Of a stretch of 64,000 nt of DNA, positions 10,901 to 24,071 are shown in pieces (the stretch's first letter is position 1; each line of letters opens with the position of its first letter). The notes below the pieces were generated by a model. The model made no database searches. It worked only from the letters and a program-made list of their open reading frames with translations, and had not been told where the DNA came from. Made by a program: the position numbers and the translations under genes. Source of the stretch: Callorhinchus milii (lineage: Eukaryota); assembly GCF_018977255.1 (NCBI RefSeq), contig NW_024704742.1, positions 186,001-250,000 of the forward strand. The letters run 5' to 3'.

Positions 10901-13900
10901 CCTTTTCTTTAGAGAATGATATAGGGACATGTATTGAAATGTTGAATGGATGAGATAATTCTACATGCTTGGGTAGTGCTTTGTATTTAAGAAGCCAAGA
11001 TTGTCTGACGGGATGTACTGGTCCTGGTTGGAGGGCAGAAAGTATTGAATTCCTCTTGAATTCACTTCACATTGCATTGGAGAAAGCCTTTGTCCATTAC
11101 AGTGTTTGCAGTAGCATGCACTAGAATGGGTATGTAAGATACTGTCATTGCTATTATTGCTCTCCTCTGCAGGTCTCGCTAGTTATGCAGTGTTGAGAAG
11201 AAGGATGTTAAGGATGTGTGGGCTGATAGAAATGGTCCTAAGGTGGCTTAATATTTCTATAGTTCCAGATGCAGTCCATCCATTGACCTGTTTGATTCCT
11301 ATTCAGCAGTGCTCCTCCAGCTGTATGTTTTAATAAGCTTGTCGTTATATTAACTGGCTAACGGTTCCTTTTTTATTAATTTAATTTGTGCTAACATTCA
11401 ACTCTCATCTCATTTGACGAAAGTGGCGAGTGAAATAAGTTTAATATTTAATATTAGTTTAAGAGTGAAATTCAGCCACACCTCCACCTCGCCTGCCCTC
11501 CATCCCTCCTGACCTCAACTCACAGCTCGGGTCCAAAAACCCCTGACTGTCCAGCCTGGGACGTCCTTACGACGTGAAGGGCGCTGTACAAGTGTAATTT
11601 GTTGTTGTTGAATTCACTGCCCCATCATCGTGGTGTGTGTCTGGTGAAACTCAGTGTGTTACTAAGGTTGTTCCGTTTCCTCCCTTGACTAGGTGTGGCA
11701 GATTCGGGTAGACTTGCATTTGCTAAACCACGATGGCAACATTATTGATGCAGCAAGTATAGCAGCCATAGTTTCATTGTCTCACTTCAGAAGACCTGAC
11801 GTCTCTATCCAAGGAGAAGAAGTCACTGTGGTAAGTGTTAGAGACTGTTATTAACTTTTATTTAATTGGCAAATGAATACATTTTTAAAAAAAGTAAATA
11901 TTTAATGAATGGCGCTGTGTATAATAGGAGTATTGTTCAGTTGATTAGAGTAAATTATCTCATATAGTAGTAAATTAGCTCTCAACCTCTGTACCCGGTA
12001 GTTTATAGTCCCATCGCTAATGCATAAAGCACAAAGAAATGTCAAACTCCTCCAACATGCTCCTTGCTGCACTTTTTGTATAGAATCAAAAGAAGGCACA
12101 CACTCTTCAAGCAAATTAAGCTATTCTGAGTATGGGACGACTCCCTGGATAAAAAAAAGTTTTCATTGCTCAAGTTTAATGACGTTCTGCATCAGATATT
12201 GCCATAAAATCGCCTCACATTGGGCAGGTGACGAGGTATAGATTACCATTTGGTGCCACCTTTCCAGAATACCCACTCTACCATCTTCCCCATTTCAGCA
12301 AGCCATTTCTTAAACAAAAGCAACATTCAGATCTCTACTAACCTTCCTGGTAACCCGTTCCAATTGTTAATTAATTATCCTCTGTGGGGAAGGAAATACT
12401 TACCAATGTCATCTGAAATTGACTTTCAACACTCTGAATGCACAGCGCAGCCGTTTTCTTCTGCTCTGTGACATATCTCAAAGGGTTGTTCTGGAATTAT
12501 TTTCTCAATTCCAATTGGCATTTAATATTATCTCCATAAGATCTCCTTTAAGACATCTTATTTCAAAATTATAGACCGCTAGCTTATCTAATTATTTTTC
12601 ATAGCTCTGACACAGGGGATCATTCTTATTGCCCTGTCTCTATTGCAGTCCTGACTCAACTGTCCAGCGCCTTGGGACGTCCTCCCGACGTGAAAGGTGC
12701 TCTATAAATGAAATCTTGTTGTTGTCTATGGTCTCTGCCTTATTTTGCAGCAACCAGAACTTACTCTAAAGTACGGTCTGTCGACAGCTTGTTACAGCTT
12801 GACAATGGTTTTAGCTGCATTCAGCTGATTAGCACAGGACCTTGATTGCCTTGTTTATTGCTGCCACACACTGTTTAAACATGTTGATCGATGAGTCACC
12901 TAACACCCCCTCGGTTTCTTTCTGCTTCCCCCTTGTGAATTTCTATCCATGGATTAAGTGTACTTCCTACATTTACTTCCTTTTTGCAGTGCCTTGTATT
13001 TACCTTTATTGAATACCATTTGCCGGTTGCAGCCCAGATACCTCATTCCCTATTCACTATTGAGTTCTCTTTGCTTCCTCTGATTCTCAGATGCCTTAAC
13101 TTGGTGTCATTTGCAAATATAACTGTTAACTACTACAAATTCAATTTGCTAATGTATACAGTGAACAAGTAAGGTCCAACGCAAGCCCCTGAACAACCCC
13201 ATTTAATACCTCTCTCCCCCCATTTCGACCTACTTGCCCAAAAGATTACTCTGCTTCTTCCCTTCAGCCAGTTATTCTAACTCACACTCTGGGATCCCCA
13301 AACTGGTTGGGATATTCTTAAGCATTTAATGATTTTCTAGCACACAGCTGACCAAAACAAATCTATTGTTCTATATAGTAATGAGAAAACATTAAACTAT
13401 ATCTGTAATTCAAATGATGATATTCTCTGGTAAATATTTTGAATGATTTCAAAGTTTATGTCTTTATTTTTTCCAGTATACCCCTGAGGAGCGTGATCCA
13501 ATCCCACTAAGCATCCATCACATGCCTATTGCTGTCAGCTTTGCCTTCTTCCAGCAAGGGTGAGAGTAAAGATTAATTCTACTTCACAGGGACTTGCATT
13601 AACAAACTAAAATAATCTATTATTAGCGTTCTGAAAAAGTCCTGTAAAATCCGGTGTGAAATTTTTGTGCTTCATGAAAATTTTGCTGTTACTAAAGATA
13701 AAAGAACATCACATAAACTGATCCAAATATTTTGCTGAAATGCCGCCAACGCTAAATGGGCGTCTTGTTTACTCATGGGTTTCGCTTATTTTTATACATA
13801 ATCCACAGCTTCTTGCCATGTTCACAAATCTATCTTTGTAGGTGTAAGTCTTAATCAAATTCCTTGGCTGCCTTTTTTAATGTGGGTAATGACTCAATTT

Positions 13901-16900
13901 TATTTGTGTCCTTTCGTCTCTATTTTGATAAAGTTGAAAGGGATCAAACAAATGGAATATGTTCTCAAACACTGTTCATGTTTTCTACCTACTAATTTTA
14001 TATAAAAAAAATACAAAATATCTAGAAACCCCAAGCACAAATAACAACTTGCACTTCTATGAGGTGATGAATATTTCAAAGTGTTTTATGAATATGGTAG
14101 GAAGCACCAGGAAGGGAGATGTTAACCAAAAAATAATGTTGTAAAGATATGTTTTTAGGAGTGTTTTAAAGGCAGGTGGCGACGAAGCAAGGCAAAGAGG
14201 TTTTGTAAGAGAGTTTCAATATGAGGGGTGTATTACCAGAAGGCTTGGCCATTAATGGTGGGGTGGAGGGAGTTAACAATGAAAAATAGACCTAAATCAG
14301 GGAACATAGCATGTTGGGAGCAGAATATACTGGAGCAGATTACATTGATAAGGAGTTGGGGGGGGACCCAGATTGTGAATGGATTTGAAGGTCAGGACAA
14401 AGATCTTAAAAGTTGATGCTGTCGAGTACTGGGAGCTGGGTGGAGCCTGGTGAGGCCTAGCACTGATAAGTGTGCAGAGGGAATTTACAACCAACCCAGC
14501 CAAAACCCATGTCTACGTTTTCATCACTTCCTGGCTGGACTATTCCATTGCCCTCCTCGCTGGTCTCCCCAGCTCCACCATAAACCAAATTCAACTAATT
14601 CAGAACTCCGCAGCTCAGATTCTCACCCGCACAAAACTCTGTATTCATCACACCAATCCTTGCCAGGCTCCACTGGCTCCCAATTACTAGGTGGATCGAT
14701 TTCAAGATCCTCTCACTCGTTTTCAAATCCCTTCATGCCCTCGCATCTCCCTACCTCACCGATCTGCTTACCCCCCAGTCCACCACCCACTGTTCGGCTG
14801 GCTCCGGCCTCCAATATCGGGCCGTGCCTTCAGCCCCGAAGCTCTGGAATTCTCTCCCTCAATCCCTCCTCCTTCCTCCCTTTCTACTTTGAAATCCTGC
14901 CTAAAGACCTTCCTTTTTGATCGTGCTTACGGGCACCTCCCTCTCCCCTCAGCTCGCTGTCAGACTCCGCCACTGTTAAGCTCTCCAGGACACTTAACGC
15001 ATGAAGTGTGCTATATAAATGCAAGTTGTTGTTGAATATGGCTGTTTGGATGCAATAGTTTGTAGAGGATGGAGCTAAGGAGGTTATCATCAACAACAAG
15101 TTGCGTTTATATCGCGCATTTCAAGTCAGGAGGACAGTTGAGGATTTGCACCCAAGCTGGTGGTGGATTCAGGATGGGTGGGGCCAAGGTTGAGTGGTTG
15201 GAGGTGGGAAGAAGATGACCAAAGGTGCAGTCAAAGAGAAAGGTCTTGAGATGAACCTTGAAGGAGGCGAGGGAAGGGGCAAGGTGATGCCAAGGTTATA
15301 CACTAGTGGATTAAGCCTGAGGGAGGAGCCAGGGACAGTGATAGAGGGGGCGCAGTAGCAAGAACATCTCCGAACTACTCTTCAAAATTATCATTGTGCA
15401 TTTGCAGCACTTATCTGTTGGTGGATCCAATTGAACACGAGGAACGGGTTATGGATGGACTTTTGGTGATTGCTATGAACAAACACCGTGAGCTTTGCAC
15501 CATTCAGTCCAGTGGTGGAATTATGCTTCTAAAAGATCAGGTCAGTACATTGAGAAGTACACATGCTCCTTACTTCTTTATATAAGTTATTTTTAAACTT
15601 CAGATAAGTGGGTGTAAATGAATCTGCATATACTGTCAAGCACATCATTTCTGCATTAACTGTTCTTTCCAAATGAGTTTTCAAATGGTCTGAAGCAATT
15701 TGGCATCCTTTTGCAGGTAAAGTTTGTAACTAATGAAGATTATTTTTGAGAGATTGTAGAATTTAAACCTCATTGCACTTAGTAGTGTTCGGCAAGTTCA
15801 TTTGCTCATGTTTCAAAAACCCATAAACCAATAACTGGTAAAGAGAATCAATGCAGCTTTCACATTAGAGTTGTAAAGTGCTTCAAACCACAATACCTTT
15901 CTGTTGTATGGAATGCAACAAAAACATAAGAATTATAATAATACTTGCATTTAGTATAGTGCCTTATCACTTCAGGAAGGATGTCTCAAATCCCTTCACA
16001 GATTTTACTGTGAAATGGAGTGGCTGTATTTGTAGGCAAACGAGGCAGCACAATTGCACACAGCAATGGCCCACAAACAGGCAAGGAGTGCGTGACCAAT
16101 TTTATTTGGAGGATTGTTGGCCAGGACACCAGGAGAAACTCTCTTTTTGAAAAGTGCTAAGGGATTTGTGGGAAGCTGCTGTGCGCAATTGGCTGCTGTG
16201 TTTCACCCACAAAATATACAGTCATTTCTCTTTACAGTTTATTCTGTGAAGCACTTTGAGACGTCTCGAAGATGTGATAAGGCGCTATATCAAATGCCAG
16301 GATTATTATTTTAGTTCACCTCTTCAATCAAATACAATATGTGCATTACATCAAATGTCCGTTCCTTCCAGAACGGACGCACTAGCTGTTTAGCAGATTA
16401 TTTGTAATGAGAACCATTTTGTTTCTTTATTTTAGGTCCTCCGCTGCACAAAGATAGCTGGTGTAAAGGTAGCAGAGATCACAGAACTAATACAAAAAGC
16501 TCTTGAAAATGACAAAAAAGTCAGGCAAGTATTTTGATACAGCTATCTTTTTATTTTGTATTCAATGCATTTTTTAAAATTTAGATGGAGTCTGTGCGCT
16601 CTGATAGAACAACAACAAATGACATTTGTATAGCACCTTTCAACAGTAGGGAAATGCACTCATTTGTGTCATTATACACATGTGGAAGATCCTGGGTTTG
16701 ATTCCTGACCTGTGCTTCTCAGAAAATGATAACTTGGCCCGCATTAACTCACTTCCCAAAGATCCAAGGGCTAATAAATTGCACTCACGTAGCAATCCAG
16801 TCTCCAGGAAATCCTCTGGCATACAGGACTAGAAGAGCTTCTTTAGTCTCGATGTTCAGGTGGTGAGGGATTTTAGTGGTTTTGTTTTGCACTTCAGTAG

Positions 16901-19900
16901 CCGATTCTCAACAGCTACACACAACGGTTTTATTTTGAGGTCCTCAAAGATATCCAAGATGTCAGTGGACTTGATACTCAGGTGGCTTCTTGAAGAAAAG
17001 GCCACAGCCTCAATCTTATGGCTCCTCACTGCCCCTGCTGTAAACTCACAGCCTTTGGCAGAGAAACTACCCAAGAAAAGTTTGTGTTCTCAACGGTGCC
17101 TTAGTTTTATCTCCTTGCTGACAGTAGGAACCTTGAAGAGTTATAAGAAGCTTAATGGGATGGATTAACCTACATAGATGCACTCTCCAATAAACTCACA
17201 ACCTTGCAGCACCTTGACACTTATGGTGCTCCATAAGTGTAATGTTGTTGTTGTAGTCCAACCTTAAAAACTGAAAAAAATGGCTTCTAAATTGAAGACT
17301 GAATTTTCCAAAATTGTGCACAATTCTAAATGTTAAATCAAAATGGCCTTACAGACAAACACTGGTGTAATTTCCAGCCTTTTATGTTTTGTTTCTGTCT
17401 TTGTATTGATGGTCCTGTCATGTCTGGTTCCTGTCTGATTACCTGTTTATCATGTAAAGCCCTTTAATGCTCATTAACATATTAGCCACCTTTGTGTGTA
17501 TATATGTATTTAGTGTTTCAAATTCACAATGTTTTCCTTGTTTCCGTTTTCTTGTTCTGGTGCTACTCTCCCTCAGTCTAAAAAGACCAGTTAATAATTT
17601 GGTCACTTCAGTCCACCACTGTTTATGGGACGCTGCTGTGCTCAATTGGCTGCCGTGTTTCGCCCACAATATATACGGTCATTACACTTTATATATCCTG
17701 TGAAGCGCTTTAAAACGTCTCAATGACATGAGAAGGCGCTATATCAAACGTAAAGATTACTTTTATTATTATTATAGGGGCTTCTCCAGGCTATCCACTC
17801 TTTATAAAGCTTCCTATCTGAGACGTTATCTTTTTATGGTGATAATCAGCCTGTTTTGCATTTCCAATAATTACCATTTGTGTTACATTTTCAGCATAAT
17901 TACTCCTTTTACCTGTTATCTTTTATGATACTTTGCTCACGCGGCACTTAAACATTTTGTGTGAGCAAATGCTGCAGTGGTTTGATATCTCTATGAACTT
18001 TACCTGCAACAGGAAGGAAGGTGGGAAGTTTGGCTTTGCAGAATCCATACCAAACCAGCGTATCACAGCCTTCAAGATCGAAGAAGCCCCAGTGGATATA
18101 GATGGCATTGAAGAACAAGCAGAAGAAATCCTGACCAACGCAGAGCCACCCCCTACTGTGTATCCTTTGGCCACAAGTGTTTTGGAAAAGGTTCTTATCC
18201 TTACACATTCACTGTTTGTCCAGGTATTTTTTTAAATGAGCTAAATCACTTTTAAATCACTTGCGACTATTTTTACATGTCAATATTTTGATTGAACTTT
18301 ATAGTCTTTGCTTGTTTTAACCCTGATGAAATATGTTGGGATAAACTTATTACTTCTTCACCTGAATTCCCCCCCCCCCCCCCCGGCTCAGTACCAAACC
18401 CTACATTATTCAGCGTTGCGACATGCTTGAAGGGAGCTAGCGAAATGATGTTATTGTTGTTTGTTATAGCCCAGATGTGGCTAACAATATTAAATCATTT
18501 TTAGTTGATATAAGTGGGGGGGGGGAACAAGGCAACTCCACAATAAGGCTGTGAATCAAGCCCTTCGCACAAGTGAATTAAATAGGAACCTGAACGTTGC
18601 TTCTCCAACATTGTGAGCCATGGTTCGGTGGTGGCTCAATTTCCACAAATGAACCATTTCCCAATCTTCATTATGCTGTCCTCAGGAGGCAGCTGGGAAA
18701 GCTGGGAGCTTCTCCATTGGTTGGACAATCATCACTAGTGCAACACGAGATAATAAAATAGGAATACTTGCATCTGATATGGTGCCTTCTAGCTGACTTG
18801 AGTGCGAGACGATGTATGTTGTCAGTTGACGATGTCAGTGTTCTGGAAGCGTGGCTCAATGGGGCAGTGCTCCGCAAGTTTAAGACAGAAAAGTCCTAAA
18901 TTCAATTTCTTAAATCTGCACAGGTTAGATGATCAGGGCCAGGGTAATGGTAGGGGCAACACAGGGTTGCTGTGCTAGTCAAAAAAAACTACTTGGATTT
19001 TCCACTCAGTATCCAGTGAGCCTTGCTGGAAATTGCACATTTGTGAGTATTGGACACAACAGACATGGGTTACCAGATGAAGTCCCCATTTGTGTGATTC
19101 TGATTCCTATTTAAAACTTGCTCGTCAAGTACTTTTCTTAACCTGACACAGCGATGCGAAACCCGTGCTGTGTGCCCCTGGTACAGGTCAGATCGGGGAA
19201 GGGATCCGCAATGAATGGATGATGGATGACCTTGAGGAGGAGGAGGAGGAGGACGATGAGGAAGATATCATTGTTGAGCCAGGGGACCAGAAAATGAGCA
19301 TTGACCAGGGAAAAGATGGTAAATTGACTGGAGCACACGTTAAGAATAATACTAAATAATCCTTGCTTTTAATATAGGTTTGCACCTCGGGAGGATGTCT
19401 CAAAAGTGCTTCACAGGATTTCCTGTAATATGTGGTGACTGTTTGTAATCGAATGTGAAAGCAACTTTGCGTTGCATTTCTCAATTTTGGACACCATTTG
19501 ATGAAACCAGCAAACACGGGCCTGCTTCATGTCCCCATCCCACCATTATCAGGCAGGCTTTCAGCCATTCTACCCTCGCTTCCACCCCCAGCTCAGGTGC
19601 CCATCCAGCATTGTTGAACTCTGAGACATTTTCCCGCTGTGGAAGGTGTTATATACGTGTAAATTGTACTCTGTTGATCATCTTTCTTGTGCCTTTGGTG
19701 TAGATGAGGTCATTGTTCTGTCTGAGAGTGAAGAGGAGGATGTGGTGGTTCTAGCCCCAGAGAGAAAGCAAAAGGAAGTGAGGTAAGTTGGGGTTACATA
19801 TGATCTGACAATTAAATCACATGAGTTTTTCAGAATAAATTGTACTGTGCCATTCTTAATGGTTTCGTATAGTACAGTACAAAATACAATACAAGATTAC

Positions 19901-21590
19901 ATTTGTATAGCTCCATCTACGTCAGGAGGACGTCCCAAGGTCCTGGACAGTCAGGGACTTGTACCCGAGCTGGGGGGGGGGAGGAGCGGGGGTTAGGCAT
20001 AAAACGAAAATAATTTACCATTTGTTTTTTTTTAATAATAACTCAGATGATTCAGAGATATCTGTGTTCTTTGGCGATGTTAAACATCACATTTTGTACT
20101 TTTTATTCTCATCTATGTTCAGTGCCAGTCAACAGAAAAGAAAATCTGTACGGTTGCTATCACAGTAAGTCATGCCGCATAGCTAAAATAATGGTTTTGT
20201 TCCCTTGTGGCTGGTTTACAATATCGGTAAGTAAAATGTTAAAATAATGGGAAAAAATTTAACTAACTCGCATCGACAAGATAGTGCCTGATATCCCAAC
20301 AACAAATTACATTTCTACAGTACCTTTTACGTCAGGAGAACATCCCAAGGTGCTTACTATCCACCGGTGAAGGCTCAAATCTGAGCTTGTTGGATGTCAA
20401 ATGATCAACTAGTAACTATCCTCCTTGGGTGTGGGTGGAGATACGTGGGGTCTCCTTGGAACTGAGTTAGTTCCAGGTCTTGTGCAATGCGCTTGGCAAC
20501 AGAATGTTATGAGTTTAGTCAACCCTCTGTCCTAGTCTCGGTAATTGATTCCTGAGCCTCGTGGGTCCACATTACATCAAGGCAATATTGATGAAAAACT
20601 AGCCAGTGCGGTTTATTGTCAAGGATTGGAGTTCCTGGGAGCAAAGTTTCTTTCCACTTAGGACTTTGGCTTGCAGATGCTAATAGGAGCTAACAGGTCT
20701 TAGCTGGACAAGCAGCGGGAAAGCTTGCCAGACAGTGCTATCAATTGCAAGCTATGTGGTTTTAGCTGGTTAGACTCCCAACAATTACCCCCAACACACC
20801 CTGTGGTCCTCAAAGTCTTGTCAAACTGCACCTAATTGCGGTTGTTGACCTAACTGGCCATTGCTGTTATGACTGATCACCTGTCAGGCATCAAGTCCTG
20901 GATAAGCTCAGTTGAACATCAATAAGACGGGGCTCTCCTGCTTGGCTCCCGTAGCACCTTCTCACCTCAGGTGCTGACAGCATTAACTTGCTTGGAATGC
21001 ACACTCCACCTTGTGGTGGCTTTGGGGAACCTTGGTGTCTTGTTTGATTCCCAACTGTCCTTTAAACTCCACATGTGCTTTGATCCACTCAAGCTTTTCC
21101 CCCAATTCTGAACTATTGCCCATCTCACCTCTCCCCTCTGCCAAGATCTTCATCAATGCACTTATCACAACCAGGTTTGACTACGCCAAAGCTCTGCTCA
21201 CTGGACTCCCCTCAGCTCTTCCCCATCCCCCAGTAGAACAAGTTCAAAATCCTCAACCTAACCTTTCCTTGCCCACTCCTACCCGCCAGGATAACAATCA
21301 GAAATGGGAACCTGCAATATTTTACCTCCCTCCCTTCCCTCCAAACCCACAGTAGCAAGTAATTGAAAATTAGAGACCTGTACTAAGATTGAGGATTGTT
21401 TATTTACTTAAAAGTTTTGTGTAAATTCAACTATTTGTTTTGGTATATCTCTGCCAATCAAAGTTAAGTACTTAACTTTCTCCCCCTCCACAGGAGTAAG
21501 AAAAAAGCAAACACCAAAGAACCACAGCAGGTAGCGAGCAAAGCTTTAACCAAAACCCGGCAGAAAAAGAAGAAAGGATCTCGGCTGTAA
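7931..21590 (+). CDS. EXOSC9: Exosome complex component RRP45 (PM/Scl-75), 438 aa, 12 coding exons
   Basis: Exons 7931-7996, 8517-8611, 9279-9398, 10451-10553, 11693-11830, 13477-13559, 15408-15540, 16436-16524, 18013-18159, 19152-19318, 19704-19782, 21494-21590 join in frame (1317 nt). Protein [10 protein letters not shown]...[13 protein letters not shown]...[18 protein letters not shown]...[25 protein letters not shown]...[13 protein letters not shown]; RNase PH fold, acidic tail, basic C-terminus. Confidence 0.97.
7985..8295 (+). repeat. C-rich tandem repeat built from the EXOSC9 exon1/intron1 junction
   Basis: gacaggaaggtgcgccccc occurs 4 times plus two gacaggacggtg variants, separated by poly-C/CCT spacers. 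Confidence 0.9.
12240..13320 (-). mobile_element. Very old CR1-type LINE remnant in EXOSC9 intron 5, interrupted by an L2 tail near 12650-12725
   Basis: Reverse-complement CR1 3' motifs (ataagatctcctttaag, agcttgttacagc, cttggtgtcatttgcaaa giving FANDTK, like FADDTK). Confidence 0.55.
14040..15360. mobile_element. Three L2-type LINE 3' fragments in alternating orientation (- about 14040-14470, + about 14480-15035, - about 15090-15360)
   Basis: [17 protein letters not shown]...[13 protein letters not shown]...[10 protein letters not shown] motifs; each fragment carries its own tail. Confidence 0.8.
20880..21260 (+). mobile_element. L2-type LINE RT C-terminal fragment
   Basis: LSGIKSWI...[31 protein letters not shown]. 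Confidence 0.75.
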
Positions 21591-22149
21591 CATCTCAAGT
21601 CTCAGAACCGTTAAATATTGTGGATTATGACAAAAGAGTGACGATGAAAGTAATGCTATGCCTTTACTGTTATTGAATAAGGGGAGGGAGATGTGTGAGA
21701 AAATGCAATATTGTACACTGTAAATGTGGGCTGATCTTTTGATAAGTTATCTATTTTCTATGCACTAAATTAGTTAATTCTATGAAAGTGAGCATGAACA
21801 GAACTTGTAATATTTTGTGCCAAAATACTGTTTTCCAACTAAACATTGAAGTAAACTGTTTTAGTCCCTTTTGGATTAAATATTTGAATAGTTCAGAAAG
21901 TAATGCAAAAATATATTTTCTTGGTACATGTTCAATACATCTCAGAACCTGCAGTTGATGGGTGGGCTATCCTTAGGTTGAATGAGATTGATGATTTGTA
22001 CTCAATTACAACATTGAGACCTCCTGGCTAATAATGTGCAGCTGCCTGTTTTACTTCTCTCCACAAGTCTCTGAATTGTTTCTACAAGTTTAAATGTTCC
22101 CTTTACCAAAGCTACCCTGAGTAAATTCTGTACTGCAATAACTGATCAT

Positions 22150-22950
22150 TACCACAACTTGCACTCATATAGCGTCCTCCACGCATGGCACCGTCTCAAG
22201 CTTAACAGTGATGGAGCCTGACTCCGAGCCGGGGAGGTGGCCGTAAGCACGAGTCGAAGGAAGTTTTCAGGCAGCAGTTGAAAAAGGGGAGTGGGCAAGG
22301 CAGAGGGATTGAGGGAGAGTGTTCCAGAGTTTCGGGATGTAGTGGCTGAAAATGCGACCTCCGAAGGTGGGGCGGAGGGTGTGAGGGACGAGCAGGAGCC
22401 AGTGCCAGTTGGTGGCTTGGGGAGTGAGGAGGTCGGAGATCAGAAAGGGAGGGAGGGGCCAGGGAGTGAAGGGATTTGAACACGAGAGTGAGAGGATCTT
22501 GAAGTCGATGTGTTCTGTGATGGGGAGCCAGTGGAGCCTGGACCAGAGCTGGTGAGATGTGGGTACAGAGTTTAGTAAGTATGGACCACATCAAAACACC
22601 CCGCCCTCGCCAAATCATCCTCCAAGATGAGGTTGGAGGCGAAGGACAACCCCAAACTCCTATTCTCCACCAACTGGCTCCTCCATCCACCCTCCCACAC
22701 CATATCCATTCTCTTCTCAAACTCTGACTGGAGGAGATGCTGGATTTCCTCACGTCCAAAATTGAGGGGATCCATTCAGCTGCCTCCACCCTCCCAACCG
22801 TCTCTCCCCCCCCCACACTCCGATCCCTATCCATCCCTCCCTCTTTGAACCTGTCTCCCCCCTCCTCCTCACCACTGTATCCAACATGAAACACCACCTG
22901 CTTCCTCGACTCCAACCCTCTCATCTCGCAGCTCCACTTACTCTGACAGC
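22150..22950. mobile_element. L2 3' end (-, about 22150-22575) joined to an inverted internal ORF2 segment (+, about 22585-22950)
   Basis: The minus part has LHW...FKIL...LKT and the tail; the plus part reads LEAKDNPKLLFST...SKIEGIHSAAS...TTCFLD (endonuclease-RT linker). Confidence 0.75.
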
Positions 22951-23171
22951 ATTTCCAAACCAGGTTAAAAAAGGTAAAAGTATCAAAGATTGCCAGAGGT
23001 TTCATAGTTGACCCCAACATTAGGTCCAAAGTGTCAGTTGGCCACTTAAATGGAGGGTCCATTTAAATTTATAACAAATGGTTCATACATTAATATCAAG
23101 AACTTTAAAACAGATTTCAAAACATCAATTCTCAAAAGATATTCCCAGACAGATATTGGTTCTAGTACTTG

Positions 23172-24071
23172 TTTATTGCTAAATTTGTTGCATGTTCCAT
23201 AATTTATATGTGGAAATCAACAGAAAGTAGACATCCTCAAATGAAAGGCTAGATTGTTCTTTTTTACTGCAACAGCTAATGTTGCCACGAAGGCATAAAT
23301 GTTCAGGCACAAAAAGGTTGTCAATGATCCATAGCCATCAGTTTAGCACAGAATTACGCAAATGAGAGGAATGCGATGCCCAACTCAAAAGGAACAAAAA
23401 TCATTCTTTATGCAGATAGATTTCAACTACTCACCTGAAAAATCACCATGTTCTACCTTAACCGATGCAAAAAGAACATTGCAAATATGGTACTTAATAT
23501 TTTTAAAATATCTGCCTCAATTTGCATGGGTAGATGAAAAGAACAAATTACGAAAGCAAAAAAATTTGAACTAAATGAAGTATTATGTAGATATTGGGGC
23601 AGATTTTTAAAATCTAAAGACGTTTGTACGGAATACTCCTATTCCTCTAAATGGCAAGTAAATTGGGCCTACATGACAGAAAAGTTGTTAAAAAATCTTT
23701 TAACAAAAAGTGCATCATCCATACTCAATCAAAGCCAACTAATAGAATTAAGAGCAAGCAAATGTAGTTAATGCACATTCCACCCCAAAGCGATTCTAAA
23801 ACTGAATTTGAAAGAAACCTACATTTCGGTCATACACAACTCAGCCATAGTGGAGTCTATGAACACCCCACCTCCCCACCTCCCTAGTTCAAATGTCTTC
23901 CCAAACAGTCTTAAGCCATCTACAGGATTGGGTGAAACTGACCACTTGGACGTCTTGCTCACTTGAAGATAACATTTGTTAAAATCCAGCAGTTCTTTTT
24001 TTTTAAAAAAAACATTTTCATACATCAGCAATCTTCCAAAAAAAACTAATAGCGATTTATTTTCAATAAAA
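23172..24071 (-). terminator. CCNA2 poly(A) signals: proximal AATAAA 24056-24061 with adjacent U-rich CPE-like element, distal AATAAA 23172-23177
   Basis: Minus strand reads TTTTTTTTTATTGAAAATAAA followed by U/GU-rich sequence; second hexamer about 880 nt further downstream. Confidence 0.6.
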
